From NCBI GenBank assembly GCA_041652935.1, contig JBAZGH010000001.1, positions 7,393-71,392 on the forward strand: DNA of 64,000 nucleotides, read 5' to 3'. This DNA is from Patescibacteria group bacterium (GTDB taxonomy: Bacteria; Patescibacteriota; Patescibacteriia; Patescibacteriales; XYC2-FULL-47-12). Shown piece by piece: positions 55,822-64,000 of the stretch; the first letter of the stretch is position 1, and the number at the start of each line of letters is the position of its first letter. The translations under genes were made by a program, and so were the position numbers. A model generated the notes under the pieces. The model saw only the letters and a list, made by a program, of their open reading frames with translations, was not told the origin of the DNA and made no database searches.

Positions 55822-57395
55822 TGACAAATAATAAATTAACGGTTTTATGCATCATTGACGGCTGGGGTGTTGCCGCGCCTTACAACGGCAATGCAGTTAC
55901 TGAAGCTGATTTGCCCAATATAAATAAGATAATTTCCCAATATCCGGTTACAACCCTAGAAGCCGGCGGGGAAGCGGTGGGGCTGGAAGAAGGATTGGCC
56001 GGCAATAGCCGCCAGGGCCATTTTGTTATTGGAACCGGGCAAAGAGCCGACTCTGATTTACTTAGGATAAACAACGCAATCAGGGATAAAACTTTTTTTA
56101 AAAATAAAATTTTGAAAGAAGCGGTTAGACACGCCGAGAAAAACAATTCAAGCATACACATATTAGGATTAGTTTCCGAAGATAAAATTCACTCATCCTT
56201 TAGCCACTTGTTGTCCTTGATGGATTTTTTTAAAAAACGTAAAGAGCAGAAAATTTATTTAGACCTTATTATTTCAGAAGAAGAGTCATCTCTGAATTTA
56301 TTAAGGGAAATCCAGCAAAAGGCGGATAAATATGAGAATATCGAGATAGCAACGATTTCCGGAAGTTTTTACGCAATGGATGGATATGGCAATTGGGACC
56401 GTACTATTAAATTTTATCAGGCGCTGGCGGAGGGGGAGTGTAAAAATAAATTTGACAGCATTTCAAAGGCCGTTGAATTTTATAATAATAATAAAAAAAT
56501 TGCCGCCAGCGGGATTATTCCGACAGTTTTAATAAAAAATAGCCGTCCAGTCGCCACAGTTAAAGAAAAAGACGTTTTAATATTCTTCAATTTTAACCCC
56601 AGAGGAATGGGGCAGATAGTTCAAGCATTTTCTCTGCCCAGCCTAGCTAAGTTCCCGGAGCGCAAAAAATATTTTCCTGATTTATTTATCGCCTGCATGA
56701 CAGAGTATGAAAAGTATCTGCCGGTTAAAGTTATTTTTGATCATCCGGAAATTAACGCCACTTTAAATAAAATTTTAGCGGAAAACAGCAAAAAACAGCT
56801 ATTTATAACCGAAACCGAAAAATATCCTTATTTAAATTATTTTTTTAATGGATTCCAGTATTTTTTTAATGGGGGCGATAATCGGATATTGATTTCGGCC
56901 GAGCCGACAAAGGATGTTTATGGCAGCCAGGAAATATCAGCCGAAAAGATTACCGCCGTAGCGATAAAAGAAATAAAAAAAGGCGCCTATGATTTTATCG
57001 CCCTTAATTATGGAAGCGCCGATATTTTAGCAGATTCCGGCAAACTGGAAGCCGTTATTGCCGGATTGAAAGCAATAGATAAAAATATAGGAAATCTGCG
57101 AAAAGTGGTTTTGTCTGTCGGCGGAACGCTTATCATAACATCAAGCCATGGAAATTGCGAAGAGATGGTAAGCCGCCACAGTGAAGAGATGAATGAAAAA
57201 AATACAAACAACCCAGTTCCTTTTATACTTGCAAACAATAACTTGGAGGGGATTAGCTTGAATAAAGCGGACGCCGCCGGCATTGATTTAAGCGATTTAA
57301 AACCAACAGGAAGCTTACTTGATATTGCTCCGACTATTTTAAAAATTATGGGGATTAAAAAGCCGGATGAAATGGAGGGAAAAAGTTTACTTTAG
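55821..57395 (+). CDS. divergent iPGM paralog lacking several catalytic residues
   Basis: Full-length colinear similarity to gpmI (IDGWG, GNS..GH, ETEKY, HGN.E, DIAPTIL). Start at TAATG overlap (ATG 55809 is an alternative). Confidence 0.8.
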   Translation: MTNNKLTVLCIIDGWGVAAPYNGNAVTEADLPNINKIISQYPVTTLEAGGEAVGLEEGLAGNSRQGHFVIGTGQRADSDLLRINNAIRDKTFFKNKILKEAVRHAEKNNSSIHILGLVSEDKIHSSFSHLLSLMDFFKKRKEQKIYLDLIISEEESSLNLLREIQQKADKYENIEIATISGSFYAMDGYGNWDRTIKFYQALAEGECKNKFDSISKAVEFYNNNKKIAASGIIPTVLIKNSRPVATVKEKDVLIFFNFNPRGMGQIVQAFSLPSLAKFPERKKYFPDLFIACMTEYEKYLPVKVIFDHPEINATLNKILAENSKKQLFITETEKYPYLNYFFNGFQYFFNGGDNRILISAEPTKDVYGSQEISAEKITAVAIKEIKKGAYDFIALNYGSADILADSGKLEAVIAGLKAIDKNIGNLRKVVLSVGGTLIITSSHGNCEEMVSRHSEEMNEKNTNNPVPFILANNNLEGISLNKADAAGIDLSDLKPTGSLLDIAPTILKIMGIKKPDEMEGKSLL

Positions 57396-57823
57396 AAAAA
57401 ATAATATCCAATTGCGCTGACAGCGATTCCTATAAGGCACCCCGTTAAAACCTGCAATGGAGTATGCCCTATTTTTTCCAATAATTTGGGATAATGCTCT
57501 TCCAATACTTTATCATCCTTTAAATCTTTTACCAAGATATTTAAAATTTTTCCATGCTGGCCGAGATAACGCCTCAAACCGATCGCGTCTCGAATGACCA
57601 CAACGGCAAAAATAAAAGATAAGGCGAAAACAGGAGAGCCCCACCCTTCAATTAGGACGATGATTAAAGCCAGAGATGACACTGCCGCGGAGTGCGAAGA
57701 GGGCATCCCCGAATAGGCTAATAAATTTTTAAAATTAAATTTTAGCTTGTTGCTTGAAACAAAAAATTTGATAATTTGGGCGACAGCGCCGGCAATAATC
57801 GGCAATAAGATAATTTTTATCAT
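57392..57823 (-). CDS. DUF212 divergent PAP2-family protein
   Basis: AQ..K, GMPSSHSA, DA.G.R...G, E.IGHTP.QV..G. Confidence 0.9.
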   Translation of the reverse strand: MIKIILLPIIAGAVAQIIKFFVSSNKLKFNFKNLLAYSGMPSSHSAAVSSLALIIVLIEGWGSPVFALSFIFAVVVIRDAIGLRRYLGQHGKILNILVKDLKDDKVLEEHYPKLLEKIGHTPLQVLTGCLIGIAVSAIGYYFF

Positions 57824-57845
57824 ATTATTAAATTAAAATTACTAT

Positions 57846-58658
57846 ATGTTAGAGCATTATTTTTCCGTTGTTATTTTATCAATCATTCAGGGAATTACTG
57901 AGTTTGTGCCGATATCCTCATCCGGCCATTTAATTATTTTACACAACATTTTGCCTGAACTAAAAATAAATGAATTGGCTTTTGATGTTTTTTTACATGC
58001 CGGTACGTTATTAGCCGTTATAGTATTTTTTTGGCCCGATTTGGTCAAAATTTTTATTAATTGGTTAAAAAATTCTTTAAAAATGAATTTTAGAGCATCA
58101 GAGGCAAAGCTAGGATGGCTTTTGATTATTGCCACCATTCCAGCCGGTTTATTCGGCTATTTTTTTGAAGATTTAATTGAAAATTTTTTAAGATCTAATT
58201 TAGTTGTAGCCGCAATGCTAATTATAGTGGGCCTGCTGTTTTTATTGGCAGAGCATTATTTTAAGCGGCAGCAAATGATAACACAATTAAATTGGAAAAA
58301 CGCTTTATTCATTGGAATTGCCCAGGCAATCGCTTTAATTCCGGGAACCTCGCGTTCAGGCATTACTATTATAGCAGGCATGGCCTCTAAATTAAAGAGG
58401 GAAGAGGCAGTGAGATTTTCATTCCTAATATCAGTGCCTGTTATACTGGGGGCGACAATAAAAAAAATCCCGGCTATTTCAGCCGCGATTTTTGACGGAA
58501 ATTTATTAAATTTTTCAATGAGCGCTGTTATTAGTTTTGTCACTGCATATTTTATTATTAAATATTTATTAATTTATGTAAAAAATCATTCACTGAATAT
58601 TTTTGCTTATTATCGTTTTTTTCTGGCGGCTGTAATTATTCTTTTATACTTTATTTAA
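57846..58658 (+). CDS. uppP: undecaprenyl-diphosphate phosphatase
   Basis: QGITEFVPISSSGHL, H.GT, ATIPA, PGTSRSG.T, FSFL, F.YYR. Confidence 0.95.
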   Translation: MLEHYFSVVILSIIQGITEFVPISSSGHLIILHNILPELKINELAFDVFLHAGTLLAVIVFFWPDLVKIFINWLKNSLKMNFRASEAKLGWLLIIATIPAGLFGYFFEDLIENFLRSNLVVAAMLIIVGLLFLLAEHYFKRQQMITQLNWKNALFIGIAQAIALIPGTSRSGITIIAGMASKLKREEAVRFSFLISVPVILGATIKKIPAISAAIFDGNLLNFSMSAVISFVTAYFIIKYLLIYVKNHSLNIFAYYRFFLAAVIILLYFI

Positions 58659-59507
58659 TAATTTAAGCTTTTTGCCGAAGTTGTTTATATAGTTAATATA
58701 GAAATAAAACAGGACTGCAGTGCACATCGCTAATATATATATTGACATCAATTTAATTATAATTAAAAAATAGCTCACAACCGATTTCATATCCGGCGTT
58801 TTAAATAAAGCGCCGGATTTATTTTCGTAATTTTCAATATCCAGCATTTTAGCATTATAAGCCATAGGATTATTTTTTGAATTTATATTATTTAAATAAT
58901 ACTCCGATAAATCAGAAGCTATAAAATAGGGGGAGCTGTTTTGTGATTTTAAAAAAGATTGATCAGTATTAGTATTGAGAACTAATTGTTCCGAGGATAT
59001 TTTCGGCGCGCCAAAAAGTTCTACCGCTATTATGGTTTCCTCGCCAAACCATTCTCCGCTTAAAACAGCAACACCCGCTTCTTGGTAATTTTCATGCAAT
59101 ACATTTTTTCTATGCGAAGGGGACGCCAGCCAAGCGTTGAACATGGGTTCGCTTTCAGTGAAATTAACCGCCAGATTTTCACCGACGATTGAATATTCAT
59201 ATCCCTCCTCTTTTATCCAGTCGGAAAATTTTTTATCGGAAAAATTATGGGAAAAATTTTGCTGGCTGATAATAGCGCTGGCTTTCGCTATGGCCGCTTT
59301 AGTTAATGATTCATTTTCAACTAATTCATTAAGCCCATATTTAACTCTTTCCAAATTCGTTAATTCCATTATTTTTTCAGCCGTAACTTCAGAGGCCAGG
59401 GCGTTGCCGGCGATTAAATTTGAGAATAAAAAAATCCCTATTATCCACAGTAATAGAGAATTTCTAAAATTAAAAAATATATAGTTCCCCCTCTTTTTTG
59501 TTTTCAT
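58644..59507 (-). CDS. CAP (SCP) domain membrane/secreted protein
   Basis: TN.ER...GL, FSH, GENLA, W..SPSHR.N, GVAV, C-terminal TM. Confidence 0.88.
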   Translation of the reverse strand: MKTKKRGNYIFFNFRNSLLLWIIGIFLFSNLIAGNALASEVTAEKIMELTNLERVKYGLNELVENESLTKAAIAKASAIISQQNFSHNFSDKKFSDWIKEEGYEYSIVGENLAVNFTESEPMFNAWLASPSHRKNVLHENYQEAGVAVLSGEWFGEETIIAVELFGAPKISSEQLVLNTNTDQSFLKSQNSSPYFIASDLSEYYLNNINSKNNPMAYNAKMLDIENYENKSGALFKTPDMKSVVSYFLIIIKLMSIYILAMCTAVLFYFYINYINNFGKKLKLLNKV

Positions 59508-59516
59508 TTTTGTTTT

Positions 59517-59554
59517 TTATACCTTTGTTTTTGCTTATACCTTTGTTTTTGCTT
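59517..59554. repeat. 18-bp tandem duplication in the CAP gene 5' UTR
   Basis: TTATACCTTTGTTTTTGC x2. Confidence 0.85.
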
Positions 59555-59607
59555 GTTCGCCTATTTTGGGCGGAGTAAAAGATTATTTTTGATCTTTCAC
59601 TATATAT

Positions 59608-59636
59608 ATTATATCATAGTTTGCGGTAAAAATCAA
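59608..59636 (-). promoter_or_regulatory. sigma70 promoter of the CAP gene
   Basis: TTGATT-17 bp-TATAAT with TGn. Confidence 0.7.
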
Positions 59637-59646
59637 GAGGCGTTTT

Positions 59647-60130
59647 AGTTGTAAGTTATAAGTCTTAAGTTCTAAAGTTCTAAGCTTCAAAATTTTTAGA
59701 GTCCTAACTGGAACTATATAGTTTTAAGTTCTAGAGTTCTAATTTATATAGTTTTAGAGTTGCAAAGCTCTAGGTTATGGGCATGACAAATATTTACTTG
59801 TTGAGATCTTTTTTTATACGGTAAATAAAATTTTTTAATTTAATAATATTATAAATAAATTTTAAATTTTAATTAGTATCTGCCGGCAAAAAAATTTAAA
59901 TATATAATTTTATATTGATAATATTATTTAAAAATTAAAAATTAGATATTATTTAAAAATTAAAAAATTATAAAATTTAAAATTTTAACCATAGAACCAA
60001 TTAGCCCAAGTTATTTTAAGGTAAAAATTACATAAATTTTTTCAACTTGCAACACGGTACGATTAGTGCTATTGTAACATAATATTATAAATCAAACTTT
60101 ACGACTTTTGACTTTTAAACTTTGCAACTA
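59647..60130. repeat. large non-coding composite of inverted 7/8-mer arrays around an extremely AT-rich core
   Basis: Left AGTT-type units at 59647-59779, right (A/G)ACTT-type units at 60044-60130, inner ATATTATTTAAAAATTAAAAA duplicated. Confidence 0.7.
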
Positions 60131-60134
60131 AAGT

Positions 60135-61208
60135 ATGAAAATAGTTATTCTCGCCGGAGGATCCGGCAGCCGGCTTTGGCCGGTTTCTAGAAAAAATAAT
60201 CCAAAACAGGTGCAGCCGTTTTTAGACGACGATACTATGCTGCAAAAAACTTATAAGCGCCTGCGCCGCGGGTTCAATGTTGATGATATTTTTATTGCCA
60301 CAGCCGAAAGTTATATTGCGATTACCAAAAAACAGCTTCCGGAGCTTCCGCAAAAAAATATTATTAGCGAACCTTATAAGCGGGACACAGCGGCGGCCAT
60401 CGGGCTGGCGGCCATCTTTTTTTATTTCCGCAACCCGAACGAAATAATCATTACCGTGCACGCTGATCATTACATAGACGATGAAGAAGAATATATAAAA
60501 ACTTTAAAGTTGGCCGGGAAGCTAGCGGAAATTAATCCAGGAAGGGGAGTCTTGATAGGAGTAAGGCCGGCTTATCCTGAAACCGGTTTCGGCTACATAA
60601 AAATAAACGGACAATTTTTTTCCTTAAATGATAGAAAAATATTTACAGTAGAAGAATTTATTGAAAAGCCCAATTCGGAAAAAGCAAAAAATTATATCAG
60701 CAAATGGGAGTACCTTTGGAACCCCGGTTATTTTATTTGGCGGGTTGACACCCTGCTCGCTCAGTACAAAAAACATCTGCCGGAAATGTATAAAAGTTTA
60801 GTTGAGATTAATCGCGCGCTGGAAACTAAAAATGAGAAAAAAGTAATAGATAGCGAATTTAAAAAAATAACGCCAAAGGCGTTTGATTACGGCATACTGG
60901 AAAAGGCGGATAACTTATTGGTCGTGCCGACCGATTTCGTTTTTACTGACATTGGAAACTGGCGGACGGCTAAAAGAGTTTTAAGCGGCAATAAAAAAAA
61001 TGCCATAAAAGGCAAGGTTATTGAATTAGACAGTTCTAATAATTTAATTTATAATTTTACCAATAGGCCGTTAACCTGCGCCGGCTTAAAAGATATGATA
61101 ATAGTTGCGGTTGAGGACGCTACCTTGGTTTGCCACCAAGACAGCGCTCAGGATGTTAAAAAAATAGTGGAAAAATTAAAAGAGGCGGGGCTGGAAAAAT
61201 ATTTATAA
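60135..61208 (+). CDS. manC: mannose-1-phosphate guanylyltransferase
   Basis: LAGGSGSRLWP.SR...PKQ, EP..RDTA, ADH, TGFGYI, F.EKP, DYG.LEK. Confidence 0.9.
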   Translation: MKIVILAGGSGSRLWPVSRKNNPKQVQPFLDDDTMLQKTYKRLRRGFNVDDIFIATAESYIAITKKQLPELPQKNIISEPYKRDTAAAIGLAAIFFYFRNPNEIIITVHADHYIDDEEEYIKTLKLAGKLAEINPGRGVLIGVRPAYPETGFGYIKINGQFFSLNDRKIFTVEEFIEKPNSEKAKNYISKWEYLWNPGYFIWRVDTLLAQYKKHLPEMYKSLVEINRALETKNEKKVIDSEFKKITPKAFDYGILEKADNLLVVPTDFVFTDIGNWRTAKRVLSGNKKNAIKGKVIELDSSNNLIYNFTNRPLTCAGLKDMIIVAVEDATLVCHQDSAQDVKKIVEKLKEAGLEKYL

Positions 61209-61213
61209 ATTTT

Positions 61214-62257
61214 ATGCTACGAAAGTTAACTACAACATTAGGAATAATTATTTCTTTAATTATACTAGTCGGCGCGACTATGTATATTTCTTTTTGGCGG
61301 GCGGTTAATTCACCGGTTCAAGATGAAAGCGAACAGATTATTTTTAGTGTTGAAGAAGGAAATAAAACGCGTGAAATAAGCAATAAATTAAAAGAAGAGG
61401 GAATAATAAGCAGCCCTTTTTATTTTGATTGGTATGCCGCTTTTAGGGATATAGATACTAAAATACAGGCCGGCGAATATGCGCTAGATAAAAATATGAA
61501 TATTAAAGAAATAGCGGCTATTTTATCTGTTGGAAATTCGCAGAGTAGAGAAAAAACCATAAAGATTATTGAGGGATGGGATATTAATAATATTGCTCAA
61601 TATCTGGAAGAACAACATGGATTTAGCGCCAAAGAATTCATTAAATTAACAGAGCCGGGAGAAGGAACATGTTTTTCCCGCGATATATGCCAATTTTCCA
61701 ATATAGAATCAATACCAGCGGGAAAAAGTTTAGAGGGCTATCTATTTCCGGATACATATCGCATATTCTCTGATGCCACCACAGAAGATGTTATCGCAAA
61801 AATGTTAAGCAATTTTGGAACTAAAATCAGCGGCCAAATGCTGGCCGACATAGAGAATCAGGGCAAAAATTTATACCAGATAATAACCATGGCCTCCTTA
61901 GTAGAAAAAGAAGTGAGAAAAACAGAGGACATGAAAATTGTTTCCGGAATTTTTTGGAATAGGATAAAGCGAGGGCAGCCGCTTGAATCATGCGCCACCC
62001 TAGCTTATGTTTTAGGCGAGAATAAGTCACAGTACAGCATAGAGGATACGAAAGTTGATTCGCCATATAATACTTATAAAAATTACGGTTTGCCGCCAGG
62101 ACCAATAGCAAATCCCGGGCTTAACGCGATTAACGCCGCTATTTATCCGGCCGAAACTGATTATTTGTATTTTTTAAATGAGCTGGGGAGCGGAAAAACC
62201 CATTTTGCCGAAACTTTTGAGGAGCACGCTAGAAATAAAGCGCTTTATTTAAAATAG
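61214..62257 (+). CDS. mltG: endolytic transglycosylase MltG
   Basis: LEGYLFPDTY, ASLVEKE, NR, SPYNTY...GLPPGPI.NPG. Confidence 0.95.
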   Translation: MLRKLTTTLGIIISLIILVGATMYISFWRAVNSPVQDESEQIIFSVEEGNKTREISNKLKEEGIISSPFYFDWYAAFRDIDTKIQAGEYALDKNMNIKEIAAILSVGNSQSREKTIKIIEGWDINNIAQYLEEQHGFSAKEFIKLTEPGEGTCFSRDICQFSNIESIPAGKSLEGYLFPDTYRIFSDATTEDVIAKMLSNFGTKISGQMLADIENQGKNLYQIITMASLVEKEVRKTEDMKIVSGIFWNRIKRGQPLESCATLAYVLGENKSQYSIEDTKVDSPYNTYKNYGLPPGPIANPGLNAINAAIYPAETDYLYFLNELGSGKTHFAETFEEHARNKALYLK

Positions 62258-62322
62258 TCATTAAAGACATAAGTCGTAAGTCATAATAACCTTACGGCTT
62301 GGGGCTTATGGCTTACGATTTA
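62256..62322. repeat. inverted heptamer array filling the mltG-pyrH spacer
   Basis: AAGACAT AAGTCGT AAGTCAT ... CTTACGG CTTGGGG CTTATGG CTTACGA. Confidence 0.75.
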
Positions 62323-62324
62323 AC

Positions 62325-63002
62325 ATGACTTACATAATTTCATTAGGTGGTTCTTTAATCGCGCCGAAAAAAGGAATTGACTGGAAATTTTTAAAAAAAA
62401 TTCGGACATTAATAATGGAGCGAATTCAGCAAGGAAATAGATTCATCATTATAGCCGGCGGAGGAACTACCTGCCGCGATTACATCGACGCAGCCAGCAG
62501 AGTGATTAATATTGCCGATGAAGATAAAGATTGGCTCGGTATACATGCCTCCCGCTTGAATGCCCATTTATTGCGCACTATCTTTTTTGATATTGCCCAT
62601 CCGGTCATTATTGATAATCCAGCTAAGAAAATAAAAACAAACTGCCCCCTAATCATAGGAGCCGGCTGGCGCCCGGGTAACTCTACCGACTATGTAGCGG
62701 TCTATTTGGCAAAAACATACAAAGTTAAAACAGTCATTAATTTATCAAACATAGACTACGCCTATGATAAGGACCCTAATAAATACAAAGACGCTGAAAA
62801 AATTAAAGATATAAAATGGGCTGATTTCAGAGGGATAATAGGCAATAAATGGATTCCGGGCTTAAACACACCCTTTGACCCGATTGCCTCTAGATTAGCC
62901 GAAGAGCTGAAATTGCGGGTAATTATTATGAACGGAAAAAAGTTAAAAAATTTAGAAAATTGTTTGAATAATAACAAATTTCAAGGAACAGTTATTAAAT
63001 AA
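62325..63002 (+). CDS. pyrH: UMP kinase (archaeal-type)
   Basis: SLGGS, GGG...R.Y, D.LGI..SRLNA, GW.PG.STD, YDKDP, PFDP.A, GT. Confidence 0.9.
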   Translation: MTYIISLGGSLIAPKKGIDWKFLKKIRTLIMERIQQGNRFIIIAGGGTTCRDYIDAASRVINIADEDKDWLGIHASRLNAHLLRTIFFDIAHPVIIDNPAKKIKTNCPLIIGAGWRPGNSTDYVAVYLAKTYKVKTVINLSNIDYAYDKDPNKYKDAEKIKDIKWADFRGIIGNKWIPGLNTPFDPIASRLAEELKLRVIIMNGKKLKNLENCLNNNKFQGTVIK

Positions 63003-63003
63003 T

Positions 63004-63031
63004 TTGACATATTTTACAGTTGTGTTATTAT
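63004..63031 (+). promoter_or_regulatory. promoter of rplJL
   Basis: TTGACA-16 bp-TATTAT with TGn. Confidence 0.65.
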
Positions 63032-63048
63032 ATTGACAATTAAATAAT

Positions 63049-63180
63049 AACCGTAGAAAACAAGGGATTTTATTGGGAAAATCTTGAAAATCTTGTCGAG
63101 GTGCATATCGCATAATGTAGAACGCATAAAGCGTAACATTATGCGGATATTTTCTGCGGTTAAAAACGGCAGTTTTTTAT
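63049..63180 (+). ncRNA. ribosomal protein L10 leader (cis-regulatory)
   Basis: ACCGTAGA.AACAAG...CTTGTCGAGG resembles the L10-leader core, directly upstream of rplJ. Confidence 0.75.
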
Positions 63181-63197
63181 TTTTTTAAATACAATAT

Positions 63198-63722
63198 ATG
63201 GCTATAAATAAGCAAAAAAAACAGGAAATAGTAAAAGAATTACGAGAAAAGATTGGTAGAGCCAAATCAGTTGTGTTTACTAAGTTTTTTGGGGTTGGCG
63301 CGAATGAAATCAATGATTTGCGAGGTAAGATAAAAGACAGCGGCAGCGAATACATGGTTGCTAAAAAAACTTTAGTTGATGTAGCTTTTGCCGACCAAAA
63401 AATTGAAGGATTGAAGGTTAGGGACATAGAGGGCGAGGTTGCGGCTGTTTTTGGCTATGAAGATGAAGTTGCGCCGGCAAAAATTATTGATGAATTTAAA
63501 AAGAGCCATGAAAGCGTAGAGTTAATGGGTGGAGTTTTAGAAAATAAGTTTATTGATGCCGCGCAGGTTCAGGCGCTGGCCAAGATGCCTTCTAAACCGG
63601 AACTATACGCGAAAATTGTCGGCTCTATCAAAGCCCCCATTTCCGGATTTGTTAATGTATTGTCCGGGAATTTAAGAGGGTTGGTAACCGTGTTGAAGGC
63701 GATTGAAGAAAAAAAACAATAA
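63198..63722 (+). CDS. rplJ: 50S ribosomal protein L10
   Basis: K..K...V, LR, VAKKTL, GG.LE, LAKMPSK.EL. Confidence 0.95.
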   Translation: MAINKQKKQEIVKELREKIGRAKSVVFTKFFGVGANEINDLRGKIKDSGSEYMVAKKTLVDVAFADQKIEGLKVRDIEGEVAAVFGYEDEVAPAKIIDEFKKSHESVELMGGVLENKFIDAAQVQALAKMPSKPELYAKIVGSIKAPISGFVNVLSGNLRGLVTVLKAIEEKKQ

Positions 63723-63823
63723 TTAAATAGAAATTAATCAATAATTTAACAATAATTAATTAATAAATAAACATTTTGTCATTTTGAGGAGCGCCTGCCC
63801 GCAAAATGATAAATAGAAAAAAT

Positions 63824-64000
63824 ATGACAGACGAACAAAAAAACAATGCTCCAGTAGAAGCTGCGGCAGAAGAAAAAAAGGATGTAGTAGTTCCTGAAAA
63901 ATTCAAATCTCTAGTTGGGGAGATTGAAAAAATGTCAGTTTTAGATTTAGCTGAATTAGTTAAAATTTTAGAGGAAAAATTCGGCGTATCAGCTGCCGCT
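63824..64000 (+). CDS. rplL: 50S ribosomal protein L7/L12 (5' part, truncated by the window)
   Basis: MTDEQK...IEKMSVLDLAELVKILEEKFGVSAAA. Confidence 0.93.
   Translation, partial: MTDEQKNNAPVEAAAEEKKDVVVPEKFKSLVGEIEKMSVLDLAELVKILEEKFGVSAAA

Noticed and set aside
59441-60000. Replication origin (AT-rich zone plus TTATCCACA)
   Set aside because: Only one DnaA box was seen, inside the CAP coding sequence. There is no dnaA/dnaN and no change in gene orientation bias.
24402-62322. Short repeat arrays as CRISPR
   Set aside because: Units are 7-12 nt, degenerate and without unique spacers, and no cas genes are present.
4802-63427. Many 60-160 aa antisense or alternate-frame ORFs in the track
   Set aside because: They overlap well-supported genes and show no motifs, so they are treated as shadow ORFs.

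Overview
AT-rich bacterial chromosome segment using genetic code 11 (TGA is used as stop). It is most consistent with a Patescibacteria/CPR (Parcubacteria-like) genome. That assignment is inferred from the archaeal-type UMP kinase, N-terminally extended L7/L12, leaderless starts and general gene content. 1-20042 is a very AT-rich surface-glycan locus headed by a small HTH gene. It encodes two nonulosonic-acid pathways (NeuB/Leg-like and PseB/C/I), many tailoring enzymes, an ABC flippase and a capsule-type transferase. Next come a convergent WcaJ/WbaP-like priming transferase and a GC-richer B12-binding radical SAM gene. 23384-64000 is mostly housekeeping: holB, frr, rseP, murJ, lepA, recJ, rnhA, tRNA-Thr and tRNA-Gly, ftsEX, pduL, pilT, dtd, pgk, a frameshifted eno, two gpmI paralogs, uppP, manC, mltG, pyrH and L10 leader-rplJ-rplL. 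The most striking unexplained structure is a dense set of small repeat elements at gene junctions and inside core genes. (i) A GxxExxY-family nuclease gene is bracketed by inverted repeat arrays with TAATTCRAAT termini, and four gene-less relatives lie nearby. (ii) Inverted 7/8-mer arrays occur, two with the same central spacer, and heptamer tracts are translated in frame inside recJ, pgk and eno. (iii) REP-like palindromes include one inserted in frame in lepA and one in the T-loop of a tRNA remnant. All calls come from reading the sequence and the ORF track. No database search or folding computation was run.
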